The translations under genes were made by a program, and so were the position numbers. Below the pieces are notes generated by a model, which searched no databases, was not told the DNA's origin, and was given only the letters and a program-made list of their open reading frames with translations. Positions 50,849-60,601 of a stretch of DNA of 64,000 bases are shown here, piece after piece (position 1 is the stretch's first letter; every line of letters starts with the position of its first letter). Source of the stretch: Candidatus Daviesbacteria bacterium GW2011_GWA1_41_61 (GTDB lineage Bacteria > Patescibacteriota > Microgenomatia > Daviesbacterales > UBA10151); NCBI GenBank assembly GCA_000997385.1, contig LCBT01000001.1:177493-241492 (forward strand), written 5' to 3'.

Positions 50849-52523
50849 GTTTTCGGCTTAAAAAAATTAATACTCCTAAAACTATTATACTAGTTAGGGT
50901 AATTAAATTACCGATCATTCTAACCGGAGTATTATTTAATCTAGCCTCTAAAATATGCTGGCCGGCAGGAATTTTAAAAGTAATCAACCCCAAGCAAAAT
51001 TCCTGACCCCGGCAGTCATTGTTCCAGTGAGTAATTTTTTGATTATCCACCTTCACCTCCATACCGGGAAAATCATATAAAGGGAGTCTTATTAAAGATA
51101 GTTCCCCTGCTGTAAGTACTCCTTTTTGAAAATTACTTCCTTTTTGATAACTGGAAAAGCTTACCTGGCCTTCTAAAACCTCAGGTTGCAATGGAGCCTT
51201 AGAGGTTGGAGGCAAAGTAGCATAAATGGGCAGGTAATCAAAGATGCTGATGGTTAACTGTTTTTCCCAGGATTTACCGGAAAATTTATCAGCATCGGAA
51301 ATATCATACCACTGGTAAGGTTTAAAAAACCCTCCATAGAAAACCATAACAGCAGCTATTAAGGCTACCCCTAAGACTTTGGCCAACTTTACTTGAGGAA
51401 TCAGATAAACAGCTAAGGCTCCCAGAAGTGATAATAAAAAGATGCTGTCTGCCAGTATCCTCCAGGGAAACTGCAGCCAGGTTAACATACTCAAATGTTC
51501 CCAGATAAAGGTGGATTTTTGATGGATTAAAAATAACACCAACAGATCAACTACAGCCAAGGTTAAAATAACTAAGGACAACTTTTTTTGCTTGCGGAAG
51601 TTTAAAACCCCTAAAGCAACCGCCAAAAGACCTGCTGCCCAGTGGATTACTCCGGTAGTCATCGATAAATCATCTCCCGAACCCAGGTAGGAGGAACCAT
51701 AGCCAAAATGGTTGGATAAAAACAGTTGTTCTAAATTTACAAAGTGCTGGCGGTAGTCAAAATATCCGGAAAGCATGGAATCAATATGAACATAAGGTTT
51801 TTCCAAAAGAACCGGCAGGGTAAAAGTAGCTGCCAGCCCTATCCCTAAGACTCCTCCCAGTATTAGCTTTGTTAAAACCTGCCATCTCTTTTCTAAAATT
51901 AACCACAAAAGTGCCCACACTCCGGCAATAGGCAAAAAGATCATGGACATTAAGTTGTGGGTAAAAAGCAGCAGCCCGATAGATAACCCCATCCAGGCTA
52001 AATATTTTACAAAGCCTTTTTTAATCAGCTGGTAGATTGACCAAAAAATTACCGGGAAAAAGACGAAGGCCCAAAATTCACTCAAAGCTCCCCTGACATA
52101 AACATCTACAGCCTTATAAGGGGCATAAGTGTAAAGTATGGCTCCAACCAAAGCCGGCCAGGAACCTAAAAGAGAACGAAGAAAAATAAACATTGTTATA
52201 GCAGAAAAGATAAAACCTAAAATAAACAGTATTTTGACAGCATCGATAAATTGGAATCCTACTAAATTAAAAATCTCTCCCAGATAATAAACACTGGGGG
52301 GGTAATAGATAAACTGGGGGTAACCATATTGGTAACCGGCATCAGGCACCCATCTACAAGGAATTTGCAGATCCTGGATGCATTTATCCAATTGATGGAT
52401 CCTGAAAGCCTGCAGGTCATCCTGCATCCAAAAAAACCCCGGACGAAGTAGTGTATAAAAAGTAGGGATAATTAATAAAATTAAGGCTACTAAAAACTTA
52501 TTACTCTTGAACCAAATAACCAT
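50829..52523 (-). CDS. PTPS-related / YfhO-like GT-C membrane protein
   Basis: QDDLQ, QIPCRWVPD, PYKAVDVYVRGALSE, THN, QFPWR. Confidence 0.85.
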   Translation of the reverse strand: MVIWFKSNKFLVALILLIIPTFYTLLRPGFFWMQDDLQAFRIHQLDKCIQDLQIPCRWVPDAGYQYGYPQFIYYPPSVYYLGEIFNLVGFQFIDAVKILFILGFIFSAITMFIFLRSLLGSWPALVGAILYTYAPYKAVDVYVRGALSEFWAFVFFPVIFWSIYQLIKKGFVKYLAWMGLSIGLLLFTHNLMSMIFLPIAGVWALLWLILEKRWQVLTKLILGGVLGIGLAATFTLPVLLEKPYVHIDSMLSGYFDYRQHFVNLEQLFLSNHFGYGSSYLGSGDDLSMTTGVIHWAAGLLAVALGVLNFRKQKKLSLVILTLAVVDLLVLFLIHQKSTFIWEHLSMLTWLQFPWRILADSIFLLSLLGALAVYLIPQVKLAKVLGVALIAAVMVFYGGFFKPYQWYDISDADKFSGKSWEKQLTISIFDYLPIYATLPPTSKAPLQPEVLEGQVSFSSYQKGSNFQKGVLTAGELSLIRLPLYDFPGMEVKVDNQKITHWNNDCRGQEFCLGLITFKIPAGQHILEARLNNTPVRMIGNLITLTSIIVLGVLIFLSRKHAKNHR

Positions 52524-52529
52524 TTTTTT

Positions 52530-52538
52530 ATTATATCA
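52530..52538 (-). promoter_or_regulatory. Extended -10 (TGaTATAAT) 6 nt before ATG 52523
   Basis: Minus strand reads TGATATAATaaaaaaATG. Confidence 0.65.
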
Positions 52539-52553
52539 GTTTCACTATCTTAC

Positions 52554-54119
52554 TTAGGGTAATGGGGTGAAAGAACTGCTTTCTAAAGGAAATATTTTAA
52601 ATAATAAAATGGCATCTTGAGGGCGGTTTTCTCCCTTAGCTTTAGGGTATTCTCTCAAAAGTTCCATGTTTTCTAAGGCTTGTGGGAAACGGGATTTGTT
52701 AGCCACAAAATAAGTAGGATGCTCTTTGGCAGCCTGTCTTAGCTCATCAGAGACCTCTGCCCTACCCCCTACTATTGAAATCTTTTTACCTTCTGAAGCT
52801 TCATGGGAATACTTGTCCAGGTAAATCTGCAGCCCATCAGGCAAAGTCCCAAAATACCCTTCCGTCCCCACTACTACCCCTTCTTTCCCAGCCTCCTGGA
52901 TTAAAAACTGGGCAATTTCAGAAAAACCGTAACCGGCGGTCCAATCTTCCAGATAACCTCTCCTTTCACCTTGAGGCAAAGGGACAGCTGCCGGGTTTGT
53001 CAGCAGTTGGAAGCTAAAATAAAGCGGAGATAAAAGCAATACTACCAGCAGCAAGCTGAAACTTAAAAATGGTTTTAAGGGGATCCTTGATCTTAAATAC
53101 TCTACTCCCCAGGCTGCCAGTACGAAAAGCGGCGGTATGGTAAATAGGATATAACGGGCGGTAAAAGTTTTTAAAAGGGCCATCTCAGCTGCCAGAGGTA
53201 TCAGACTCCAGACTAGAACAACTAAAGCCGGGAGGTTTTTAAAAATAAAAGTTAAAGCTATGCCCAAAAAGATAAACAACAGTACCGGCCAGGTTAAAAA
53301 GATCGGAAACCAGTTATTAATGTCCCCCAAATGGGGTAAAAAAGGGTCCAAGGGCCTGCCCACCAAATCCAGGGGTGAAAACATATAGTCCTGATTACGG
53401 GAAGAAAGGTTATTAAAGTTAGGACCCAGCCTTAAGGCGTTATATATCACCAGGCCGATGGTTACAGCCACTGCCCACAGCCCCACCATCTTTAAAAGCC
53501 TGGTCTGCCGTAGCTTAGGAGACCAATCAAAGATTAAAGCGGTCAGGGGCAAAGCCAGAAGACTAAACATCCCCGGAGTTTTAGTTAAAATCCCTCCTCC
53601 TAAAGAAAAACCCAGGATCATCGCTAAATCCAACCTTAATTTTTGAGCCAGCAGTAAGGCTAAATTTAAAGACCAAACGGAAAAGGCTGCCAGCAGGGAA
53701 TCTACCAAAGCCATCCTGTCAAAAAAAACCATTAAAGGGGTGATTACTACCAAAAATGCTCCTAAAAGCCCCACCCTTAAATTAAAAACTCTCCAGCCTA
53801 AAAAACCCACTCCCAGTAAAGTTAGATATCCGGAAAGGACAGATAAGATTCTGCCAGCTAGTAGTGGATCAGCAAAAATTTTAAATAGGGGCATCATGGC
53901 CCACATAAAAAGAGGTGTTTTACCATCAGATAAAGGTAAAAATCTCAGTGTTGGTTCAGCCCTCATTACCTGAGCCCACCTGATATAAATCGCCTCATCA
54001 GCAAAAATTGGCTGTAAAGTTAAATTAGGTAACCTTAAGGAAAAATATAAAGCAGTAATTAATAGGAAGAAGAGTATCTCCCATTGATATCTTTTAAGCA
54101 ACTTAACCATATTTGCCAT
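52554..54119 (-). CDS. GT-C fold membrane glycosyltransferase (ArnT/PMT_2-like); start may be 54110
   Basis: FADEAIYIRW, DGKTPL, DRMALVD, LTK, ARY. Confidence 0.86.
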   Translation of the reverse strand: MANMVKLLKRYQWEILFFLLITALYFSLRLPNLTLQPIFADEAIYIRWAQVMRAEPTLRFLPLSDGKTPLFMWAMMPLFKIFADPLLAGRILSVLSGYLTLLGVGFLGWRVFNLRVGLLGAFLVVITPLMVFFDRMALVDSLLAAFSVWSLNLALLLAQKLRLDLAMILGFSLGGGILTKTPGMFSLLALPLTALIFDWSPKLRQTRLLKMVGLWAVAVTIGLVIYNALRLGPNFNNLSSRNQDYMFSPLDLVGRPLDPFLPHLGDINNWFPIFLTWPVLLFIFLGIALTFIFKNLPALVVLVWSLIPLAAEMALLKTFTARYILFTIPPLFVLAAWGVEYLRSRIPLKPFLSFSLLLVVLLLSPLYFSFQLLTNPAAVPLPQGERRGYLEDWTAGYGFSEIAQFLIQEAGKEGVVVGTEGYFGTLPDGLQIYLDKYSHEASEGKKISIVGGRAEVSDELRQAAKEHPTYFVANKSRFPQALENMELLREYPKAKGENRPQDAILLFKIFPLESSSFTPLP

Positions 54120-54849
54120 CTAAATCATCTTTTCTGATCCGACCCATATCTTTTAAAGCCTCCAGTGCATCATGGATCAGTTGGACTCTTTCGGTCCCCA
54201 CATGGTGCCAAGTAATCGGCACTTCAGCAATTTTAAAACCCATTTTTCTGGCTAAAAATAACATCTCAATATCAAAACCAGCATTCACAGCAGCCCCTTT
54301 GGCCTTCATCCCCTGCCAAATTTGTAGCATCTTAGGAAAAACTTCCCTGATTGCTTTTTGGTTAAAGGCTTTAAAACCACATTGGGTATCAGCAAAGGGC
54401 AAACCTAAACTGAGGTTTCGGATAACAGCAAAACCCCAGGCAGAAAGTTTTCTGATTAAAGGGGCCCCTTCCCTGCCCTTTCTAGAACCTATGACCACAT
54501 CAAACCCCTCTTCAAACTTAGGAAAAAATTTCTCTATCTGATTAATAGGGGTGGACTGATCCAGATCAGTAAAAACAATTATTTCACCTGAAGCCTTTAA
54601 CATCCCGCTGATGACTGTTAAAGCTTTACCGCCATGGGGATTCCTGATTAACTTAAAACCCTTTTTGCTTTTAATAAACTGCTCAATCACATCGGCAGTC
54701 TTATCGGTGGAACCGTCATCGACAATCAAGACTTCATAAGGGTAAGCTTGTTTTTCCAGGTAAGAAGAAACTTTATCCAAAACCCCGGAAGAGAGGTTTT
54801 TCTCTTCATTATATGCTGGAATAACTACTGACAGTTTAAGGTTACCCAT
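54103..54849 (-). CDS. GT2 dolichyl/polyprenyl-phosphate beta-glucosyltransferase-like
   Basis: VIPAYNEE, VDDGSTD, HGGK, FTDLDQSTP, DTQCGFKAF, FDIEML. Confidence 0.9.
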   Translation of the reverse strand: MGNLKLSVVIPAYNEEKNLSSGVLDKVSSYLEKQAYPYEVLIVDDGSTDKTADVIEQFIKSKKGFKLIRNPHGGKALTVISGMLKASGEIIVFTDLDQSTPINQIEKFFPKFEEGFDVVIGSRKGREGAPLIRKLSAWGFAVIRNLSLGLPFADTQCGFKAFNQKAIREVFPKMLQIWQGMKAKGAAVNAGFDIEMLFLARKMGFKIAEVPITWHHVGTERVQLIHDALEALKDMGRIRKDDLDGKYG

Positions 54850-54863
54850 AAGCTACAACTAAC

Positions 54864-54892
54864 ATTATATGGAAAGTATCCCCTCCTGGCAA
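54864..54892 (-). promoter_or_regulatory. sigma70-type promoter TTGCCA-17-TATAAT
   Basis: On the minus strand, 14 nt upstream of ATG 54849. Confidence 0.7.
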
Positions 54893-54914
54893 TTGTACCT
54901 TCCAACTAAAAAGC

Positions 54915-56402
54915 TTATTTTCCTGAAGGGTTGGGGATTAGTTTAAAAACCTTGATACCATCAATTTCCTTAATCCATTCTACCTTAGCCCAACCATAAG
55001 CTGATATTTCATATTTAGGGCTGTTGATGGGGATACACTCCTCATCCTCACAGACCACAAACAACTGATCAGTAATTTCTACCGGCACCACCTTTGGTTT
55101 ATGCCCATAAAGATCAAGGTAATATTGATAAGCTGAATCATAATTACTTTTAGCCAGCAGGGCAAAATTAAAAGGTTGATTATCGGACTGATCAATAATA
55201 AATCTGGCCACCTCCTGAGTTTTACCCAGTTGGTTATTAGGAGGCAAAAGTAAGGGGCTTTTTTGAAAGTTTACAAAACCTAAAACTATCACAAATACCC
55301 CTCCCGCTATTATCTGCCATTTACCCTTCAAATATCCCAATAGCCCTCCAATTAAAAGATAAGGGGCCGGGTTTAAAAAGCCTAAATAGTGATCATAAAT
55401 TTCATTTTTATAAAAAGACAGGCCTATTAATCCTAAAATTAACCAGACACTTAAAACTTTATAATGCCAAGCCAGAGTTTTACCAGCCATCTTAATTTTT
55501 AGGGAAATCAAAAGTGTTAAAACAATCAGCATTGAGACGAGGAGAGTAACCAGCCAATTTGCCCCGCCTATATACCTCCCTATTAATTTCTCATTAAAAA
55601 TATTGATTATCTCCCCTATTCTGGTAATTAAATTAAAACTGACTGCTTCTCCTTTACCAAAAAACATCTCTTGAGCCCCGCGGTAATTTAAAAAGTTATG
55701 GCGGAAATCAAATAGCACTAAGGGAAACATCAAAAGTATAAAGGCCAAAACAGCACCCACAGTACCAGTTAAAAAGAAGCGTTTAGAAGTTTTACTTAAC
55801 AGCTCCATCAGCCAAAGCACTCCGGCAACAGGTACTAAAATTAAAGCTAAATAGTGCATCTGCAAAGCTCCCGCCAGCACCCCGCCGGATAAAATCAACC
55901 ACCGAAAATCCCGGCTTTTGTGGGCTTTATAAAAACCTAGTATTGCCAGTAAGGAGAAAAAAGGGGTGGGATTAGGGTTCCAGGAAAAACGGGAATAATT
56001 AATATTTACCGGGGAAACAGCATAGAGAAAAGAAGATATAAGGGCCGGATATTTACCAAACCACTCCCTGGCTAAATAATAGATCAATCCTACCGCTGCC
56101 ACTCCAATCAAAGCTACCATCCCTGAAGCAGCTACGGGGTTGAGCCAAAAGACAGCCATGGAGACAACCATCATATAGTAATATAAAGGTCCCAAGTAGA
56201 GATTACCAACTGAAGTAGGAGGACCAATAAAGGGCAAATCATGATCTACCAACAAACTTTTGACAATAATAGCATCCCTTCCCTCATCTCCCAAAAAGGT
56301 CATATATTGATCAATTTTGTAAAACCTGAAAAAGGCTGCCAAAAGTAAGATAAAAGATATTAAAAGAAATTCCCCGCGGTTTTGTTTGATCCACTTGATC
56401 AT
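54915..56402 (-). CDS. GT-C fold membrane glycosyltransferase (PMT_2-like)
   Basis: Start revised to ATG 56402 (ATGA overlap). GDEGRD..IGPPTSVG..GPLYYY, WNPN. Confidence 0.87.
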   Translation of the reverse strand: MIKWIKQNRGEFLLISFILLLAAFFRFYKIDQYMTFLGDEGRDAIIVKSLLVDHDLPFIGPPTSVGNLYLGPLYYYMMVVSMAVFWLNPVAASGMVALIGVAAVGLIYYLAREWFGKYPALISSFLYAVSPVNINYSRFSWNPNPTPFFSLLAILGFYKAHKSRDFRWLILSGGVLAGALQMHYLALILVPVAGVLWLMELLSKTSKRFFLTGTVGAVLAFILLMFPLVLFDFRHNFLNYRGAQEMFFGKGEAVSFNLITRIGEIINIFNEKLIGRYIGGANWLVTLLVSMLIVLTLLISLKIKMAGKTLAWHYKVLSVWLILGLIGLSFYKNEIYDHYLGFLNPAPYLLIGGLLGYLKGKWQIIAGGVFVIVLGFVNFQKSPLLLPPNNQLGKTQEVARFIIDQSDNQPFNFALLAKSNYDSAYQYYLDLYGHKPKVVPVEITDQLFVVCEDEECIPINSPKYEISAYGWAKVEWIKEIDGIKVFKLIPNPSGK

Positions 56403-57097
56403 CTGATCTTCCACCACAGTTTAAAAAGATCAAGGTATGATTTTATAATCACTTTTGGCTTAACTCCAGTCGGACTACCTGCCAAACGTGGATAGTGATG
56501 AACAGCAACCTGAGCAATTTTAAAACCGGCTTTCTGGGCTTTAATGACAAGTTCGGCATTAATCATACCCCCGATAGTTGATTCAAGAGGCGGGATTTTT
56601 TCCAAAACTTTTTTACTGACCATTTTAAATCCGGTATCAACATCTTTAATATTTAAACCGAAGAAGAGGAAGAGTGACAATGCCCAGCCCTTGGCAGCTA
56701 ACACTCTAAAAAAATTATCACTCCTTTTTACTTTAAAACTGTAAATAACATCAGCTTGGTCAGTCTTTTCCAAAAACTTCGTTACTTCCGAAAAATCAAA
56801 TTGGCCGTCAGCATCGGTATACACTATCCAATCATACTTAGCATTAGAAAAACCTGCCCTAAGGGCATAACCATAACCCCCCTGGGGGAGGTGGACTGTT
56901 TTAATAAAAGGATGCTCTTTAGCTAACGCATCAGTAACTTCAGGACTTTTATCTTTTGACCCATTCTCTACCAGAATGATTTCATATTCTTTAAGAAGCA
57001 GTTTTTGGAGTACCACAATGGCCTTTTCAACAACAAAAGGGACGTTGCTCTCTTCATTATGAACCGGGAAAAAAACTGATAAAGAGTCTGCCTTCAT
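56399..57097 (-). CDS. GT2 DPM/DPG-synthase-like polyprenol-phosphate glycosyltransferase
   Basis: FFPVHNEE, GYGYALRAG, TDADGQFD, DVDTGFK. Confidence 0.88.
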   Translation of the reverse strand: MKADSLSVFFPVHNEESNVPFVVEKAIVVLQKLLLKEYEIILVENGSKDKSPEVTDALAKEHPFIKTVHLPQGGYGYALRAGFSNAKYDWIVYTDADGQFDFSEVTKFLEKTDQADVIYSFKVKRSDNFFRVLAAKGWALSLFLFFGLNIKDVDTGFKMVSKKVLEKIPPLESTIGGMINAELVIKAQKAGFKIAQVAVHHYPRLAGSPTGVKPKVIIKSYLDLFKLWWKIR

Positions 57098-57104
57098 CCC
57101 AATA

Positions 57105-57138
57105 AGTGTAGCACAGATGGCTAATCTTATGCTAACAT
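57105..57138. promoter_or_regulatory. Back-to-back divergent extended -10 promoters, both leaderless-type
   Basis: Minus strand: TGcTACACT (57113-57105), 7 nt, ATG 57097. Plus strand: TGcTAACAT (57130-57138), 7 nt, ATG 57146. Confidence 0.65.
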
Positions 57139-57145
57139 AACCTCA

Positions 57146-58312
57146 ATGAGTAAAACTGTAAAAGATCTCATCATTATTGCCATTTCTACTTTATTGTTAA
57201 CCTTTTTAGTCTGGCTTCCACACCTGCTCCAGCTTCCCTCCTTTTATGGATTAGATTTTAGCCAAGGGTTTAATACTATCTATCGAAATTTTGATGGCTT
57301 GGAATATGTCATTATTGCCAAAACTTTATATGACCCGCAGGCCATAGCTAGCTTACCTCAATCCTTACCAGCTAATTACTTCGCTGCCCATTTTCCAGGC
57401 TATGCCTTAATAATTTTACTCTTTGCTCCCCTGCTGGGTTTTTTAAAATCAATGCTTTTTACCTCCCTGCTTTTTACCATTCTTTCTGCTGTTACTTTTT
57501 ATTTTTTACTTAAAGATTTTAAACTTAGCTCTCAACCACTCTTTCTGTCACTTCTTTTTCTGCTGCTTCCTGCCAGATGGTTAGTAGTTCACAGTGTTGG
57601 TTCAGCAGAACCCCTCTTTATCTTTTTTGTTTTAGCTGCTGTTTATTGGTTTTTAAAATATGAGCAAACGCTTAAAAGTAAATTGATTTTACTAACCACT
57701 CTTTTTGGAGTACTGGCTCAATTTACCAGACCTCCAGGAATACTGTTATTTATCGCCTTAGCACTTTATGTTGGCTGGAAACTGCTTAATGACAGCAACT
57801 CCAACTTCACCAGAAAAATTAGGAAGACTCTTCCCTATTTCCCTCTATTATTAATTCCAGCTTCCCTTTTAGTAGTCTTTTACTGGTACTCTCTAACCTA
57901 TCAAGACTTTTTTGCTTATTTTCATAGTGGAGATAATATCCATCTGACCTTTCCTCCTTTCCAAGTATTCAATATAAACCAAACTTGGGTAGGAGATATC
58001 TGGCTGGAAGATATTGTTTATATATTTTTACTGGGATTTTTAGGAGGGCTGTTGCTTTTAAAACAGAAATTAATTCTACCAGGAATTTTTGTTCTAACTT
58101 ATCTTTCAGCTGCTATCTTGGTGGCCCACCGGGATATTGCCCGCTATACCTTGCCCATTTTCCCCTTTTTACTGATAGCTTTTGAGAAAGTTTTAATTTC
58201 CAGGGAGTTTAAGATAGCTTTTACTATCATTGCTTTAGGCATATATCTTTATGCTCAAAACTTTATCTTAAATAATACTGCCCCTGTCCCCAGCCTTCAA
58301 GTTTTTAATTAA
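57146..58312 (+). CDS. GT-C mannosyltransferase-like protein (PIG-V-like)
   Basis: RNFDGLEY, AHFPGY, SAEPLF, TRPPG, DIARY. Confidence 0.8.
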   Translation: MSKTVKDLIIIAISTLLLTFLVWLPHLLQLPSFYGLDFSQGFNTIYRNFDGLEYVIIAKTLYDPQAIASLPQSLPANYFAAHFPGYALIILLFAPLLGFLKSMLFTSLLFTILSAVTFYFLLKDFKLSSQPLFLSLLFLLLPARWLVVHSVGSAEPLFIFFVLAAVYWFLKYEQTLKSKLILLTTLFGVLAQFTRPPGILLFIALALYVGWKLLNDSNSNFTRKIRKTLPYFPLLLIPASLLVVFYWYSLTYQDFFAYFHSGDNIHLTFPPFQVFNINQTWVGDIWLEDIVYIFLLGFLGGLLLLKQKLILPGIFVLTYLSAAILVAHRDIARYTLPIFPFLLIAFEKVLISREFKIAFTIIALGIYLYAQNFILNNTAPVPSLQVFN

Positions 58313-58339
58313 ATCTTTTCAGCTTTGTCTAACATAACT

Positions 58340-59845
58340 TCAATAATTAGCGATCCCCATTTTTTTAACTAATTTACGAACTTCTCTCCTATCAGCATTA
58401 ACATATTTATTATCATATTCTTCTGCCGTTAAAGCTTCACCATTTACTCCAACCAATACGGGAAATTTTAAAGCCATTCTTAAATATTTCACATCCGAAT
58501 AAAAAACCCGATCACTTTTTATAAGAAGGTGATCTTTGTTTATTTGATAAGGCACCTTTAATCCTAAGTGTTGTAACTGGTTTTGGACATCTATTTCTTT
58601 TGGTTGACTTAACACTGCCTGAGCGCAAATTTCTTTTTGAGATTGAGGGCAAAGTGGCGAGCAGTAAATCTCGGGGCGTATCCACTGACAATTATAATCA
58701 GGTTGATTAAATAGGCAGCTGATGGCACATGAGGTTTTCTTAAAATAGGGTACTTTTGACCGACCCAGGAGATAATCAACTCTAGCTCGACTCCGGGCAG
58801 ACATCTGCTTCAAAGAATCATGAATATTTAATCCTATATCATAACCTGAATCAACAGGTAGACCTCGTTTGGTCATGTACTCCACAATACTGACATCCAG
58901 CTTTAACGCTGACCGAACAATACAGTGGAAATATTTTTCACCCAGTTCCATAATCCTGCGAATTGTTTTTTCAGAATCATTGACTCCTTCAATGATTGGT
59001 CGGTAATAAAGAATCCTCGGCAAATGTGATTTTGACAGATTTTCCATTGTTTCTAATCTCCTCTCATCAACCACTTTTTCATACTCAGGAGGTAAACCAG
59101 AAAAGGTGACAAAAATAACAGGCCGAATATTCTTATAATTTTCAAGACGGTTAATTACTTCGGTGGGTAAATATTCTTTAGTAATTAAACCGACAATATT
59201 AGTCATTCCTCTTACTTCTAAGCCATCCATAATTTTAAAAGTTGTTGCCTCAACCTCTTTTTGAAACGGATCAGTAGCACTGTTGTGAATAGCCAGAGGA
59301 ATCTTAGGATGAAAGTAGCGATGATTGGGAAGTGAACTTAAGATATCTTCAACTTCGGCAAATTGCTGGGGAACAAATCTGTTTTTAATATCCCATCCAT
59401 GCTTATAACAATAAACGCAGTTATTTCGGCAACCAGCTACAGCATTAAGACAAAGAAAATTTTTTGCCAAAACAATTGGTTCTAATTTAACTTTAATGTT
59501 TTCCTTTTCAGCTTTGCGCCGCATTTCTCTAAATTCATATTTACGCAAGCTCTTTTCAAGTTGTTCCTCAAGACTGATATTGTAAATATTGGCTAAGGCT
59601 ATGAGAGAATAGAAACTGTCACCTAATTCTCTCGCTAAATCTGGGTTGTAAATATGTTCTCTTCTACCATAGTCAGTAAGTTCAAGTACTTCCTTAGCAA
59701 GTTCTCCTACTTCACTGGATAGATCTAAGGCGCAGATTTCAGGGGTACTGGCTAAATTTAATCTTCTGGTTGCTTCAGCAACTCTTTTTTGTATTTCAAT
59801 CATTTCTAAATCCAGACAGTTTTCTAAAGGGATCATATAAATCAT
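58340..59845 (-). CDS. MazG-like NTP pyrophosphohydrolase domain fused to an SPL/photolyase-like radical SAM domain (start may be 59836 or 59803)
   Basis: N-terminal SEVGELAKE..RELGD (MazG metal motif); GCRNNCVYC, ATDPF, YYRPIIEGVND; Cys-rich KTSC..C..C..CSPLC..C segment. Confidence 0.82.
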   Translation of the reverse strand: MIYMIPLENCLDLEMIEIQKRVAEATRRLNLASTPEICALDLSSEVGELAKEVLELTDYGRREHIYNPDLARELGDSFYSLIALANIYNISLEEQLEKSLRKYEFREMRRKAEKENIKVKLEPIVLAKNFLCLNAVAGCRNNCVYCYKHGWDIKNRFVPQQFAEVEDILSSLPNHRYFHPKIPLAIHNSATDPFQKEVEATTFKIMDGLEVRGMTNIVGLITKEYLPTEVINRLENYKNIRPVIFVTFSGLPPEYEKVVDERRLETMENLSKSHLPRILYYRPIIEGVNDSEKTIRRIMELGEKYFHCIVRSALKLDVSIVEYMTKRGLPVDSGYDIGLNIHDSLKQMSARSRARVDYLLGRSKVPYFKKTSCAISCLFNQPDYNCQWIRPEIYCSPLCPQSQKEICAQAVLSQPKEIDVQNQLQHLGLKVPYQINKDHLLIKSDRVFYSDVKYLRMALKFPVLVGVNGEALTAEEYDNKYVNADRREVRKLVKKMGIANY

Positions 59846-59874
59846 ATCTTATACCTTCTAGCCAAGAGAATTTG

Positions 59875-59903
59875 AGTCAAATTTTTTTGACTTGTAGTAT
59901 AAT
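59875..59903 (+). promoter_or_regulatory. Palindromic operator candidate AGTCAAA-TTTT-TTTGACT just upstream of a TATAAT -10 box
   Basis: Inverted repeat 59875-59892; TATAAT 59898-59903, 9 nt before ATG 59913; lies between divergent genes. Confidence 0.6.
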
Positions 59904-59912
59904 CTCCCCAAG

Positions 59913-60578
59913 ATGCATCCAGTCCAAAAGCAAATACTTTCCCAGCTTATTTTTAATCCTTGCTTTCCCTTCTCTAAGCTTAAATCCAAAGAGGTGGAAG
60001 GAAATTTATTCATCTATCACTTAAAACAATTGATAACAGAAGGTTTGGTGCAAAAAACTTCAGATGGTAAATATGAATTGACCTTAGAAGGTAAAATTTA
60101 TACTGATAAATTAAGCCTGAAGACTTTTAAGCCCAGAATCCAACCTAAAATAGCCACTTTAATAGTTTGTCAAAATAATCAGGGAGAGTATTTACTTTAC
60201 AAAAGAAAACGTCAGCCATTTTTAGAACTAGTTGGCTTTCCCTATGGAAAGATTCACCTGGAGGAAACCACCCTTCAAGCTGCCCAAAGAGAACTAGAAG
60301 AGAAGACAGGTTTATCAGCTAATTTAAAGCACCTGGGAGAGGTTTATCTTACTACCTTTAAAGATCAACAGCTTTTAAGCCAAATGTTATGTCATATTTT
60401 CTTTACAGAGGATCTCAAAGGAAGGCTAAAACAGTCCTTTGAAGCTGGAGAGTGCTTTTGGGGGAAGATAGAATCTTTTAAACCAGAAGAGCTAATCCCA
60501 GGAGTTTTAGATGTTTACAAGTTAATTAAATCCCCTTCTAATTTCCTCTTCTTCCAAGAATTCACTTACCACCTTTAA
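59913..60578 (+). CDS. Winged-HTH + NUDIX domain protein (putative nucleotide-sensing regulator or hydrolase)
   Basis: N-terminal FSKL..NLFIYHLKQL..GLVQK..YELTLEG (wHTH); NUDIX box GKIHLEETTLQAAQRELEEKTGL. Confidence 0.88.
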   Translation: MHPVQKQILSQLIFNPCFPFSKLKSKEVEGNLFIYHLKQLITEGLVQKTSDGKYELTLEGKIYTDKLSLKTFKPRIQPKIATLIVCQNNQGEYLLYKRKRQPFLELVGFPYGKIHLEETTLQAAQRELEEKTGLSANLKHLGEVYLTTFKDQQLLSQMLCHIFFTEDLKGRLKQSFEAGECFWGKIESFKPEELIPGVLDVYKLIKSPSNFLFFQEFTYHL

Positions 60579-60601
60579 GCTATATCTATTCCTTAGCTTC
60601 A

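Noticed and set aside
44995-52523. Literal 6-pyruvoyl-tetrahydropterin synthase function for the PTPS-related proteins
   Set aside because: The name is only a family label. These are polytopic membrane proteins with GT-C/YfhO-like features and show no PTPS catalytic motifs.
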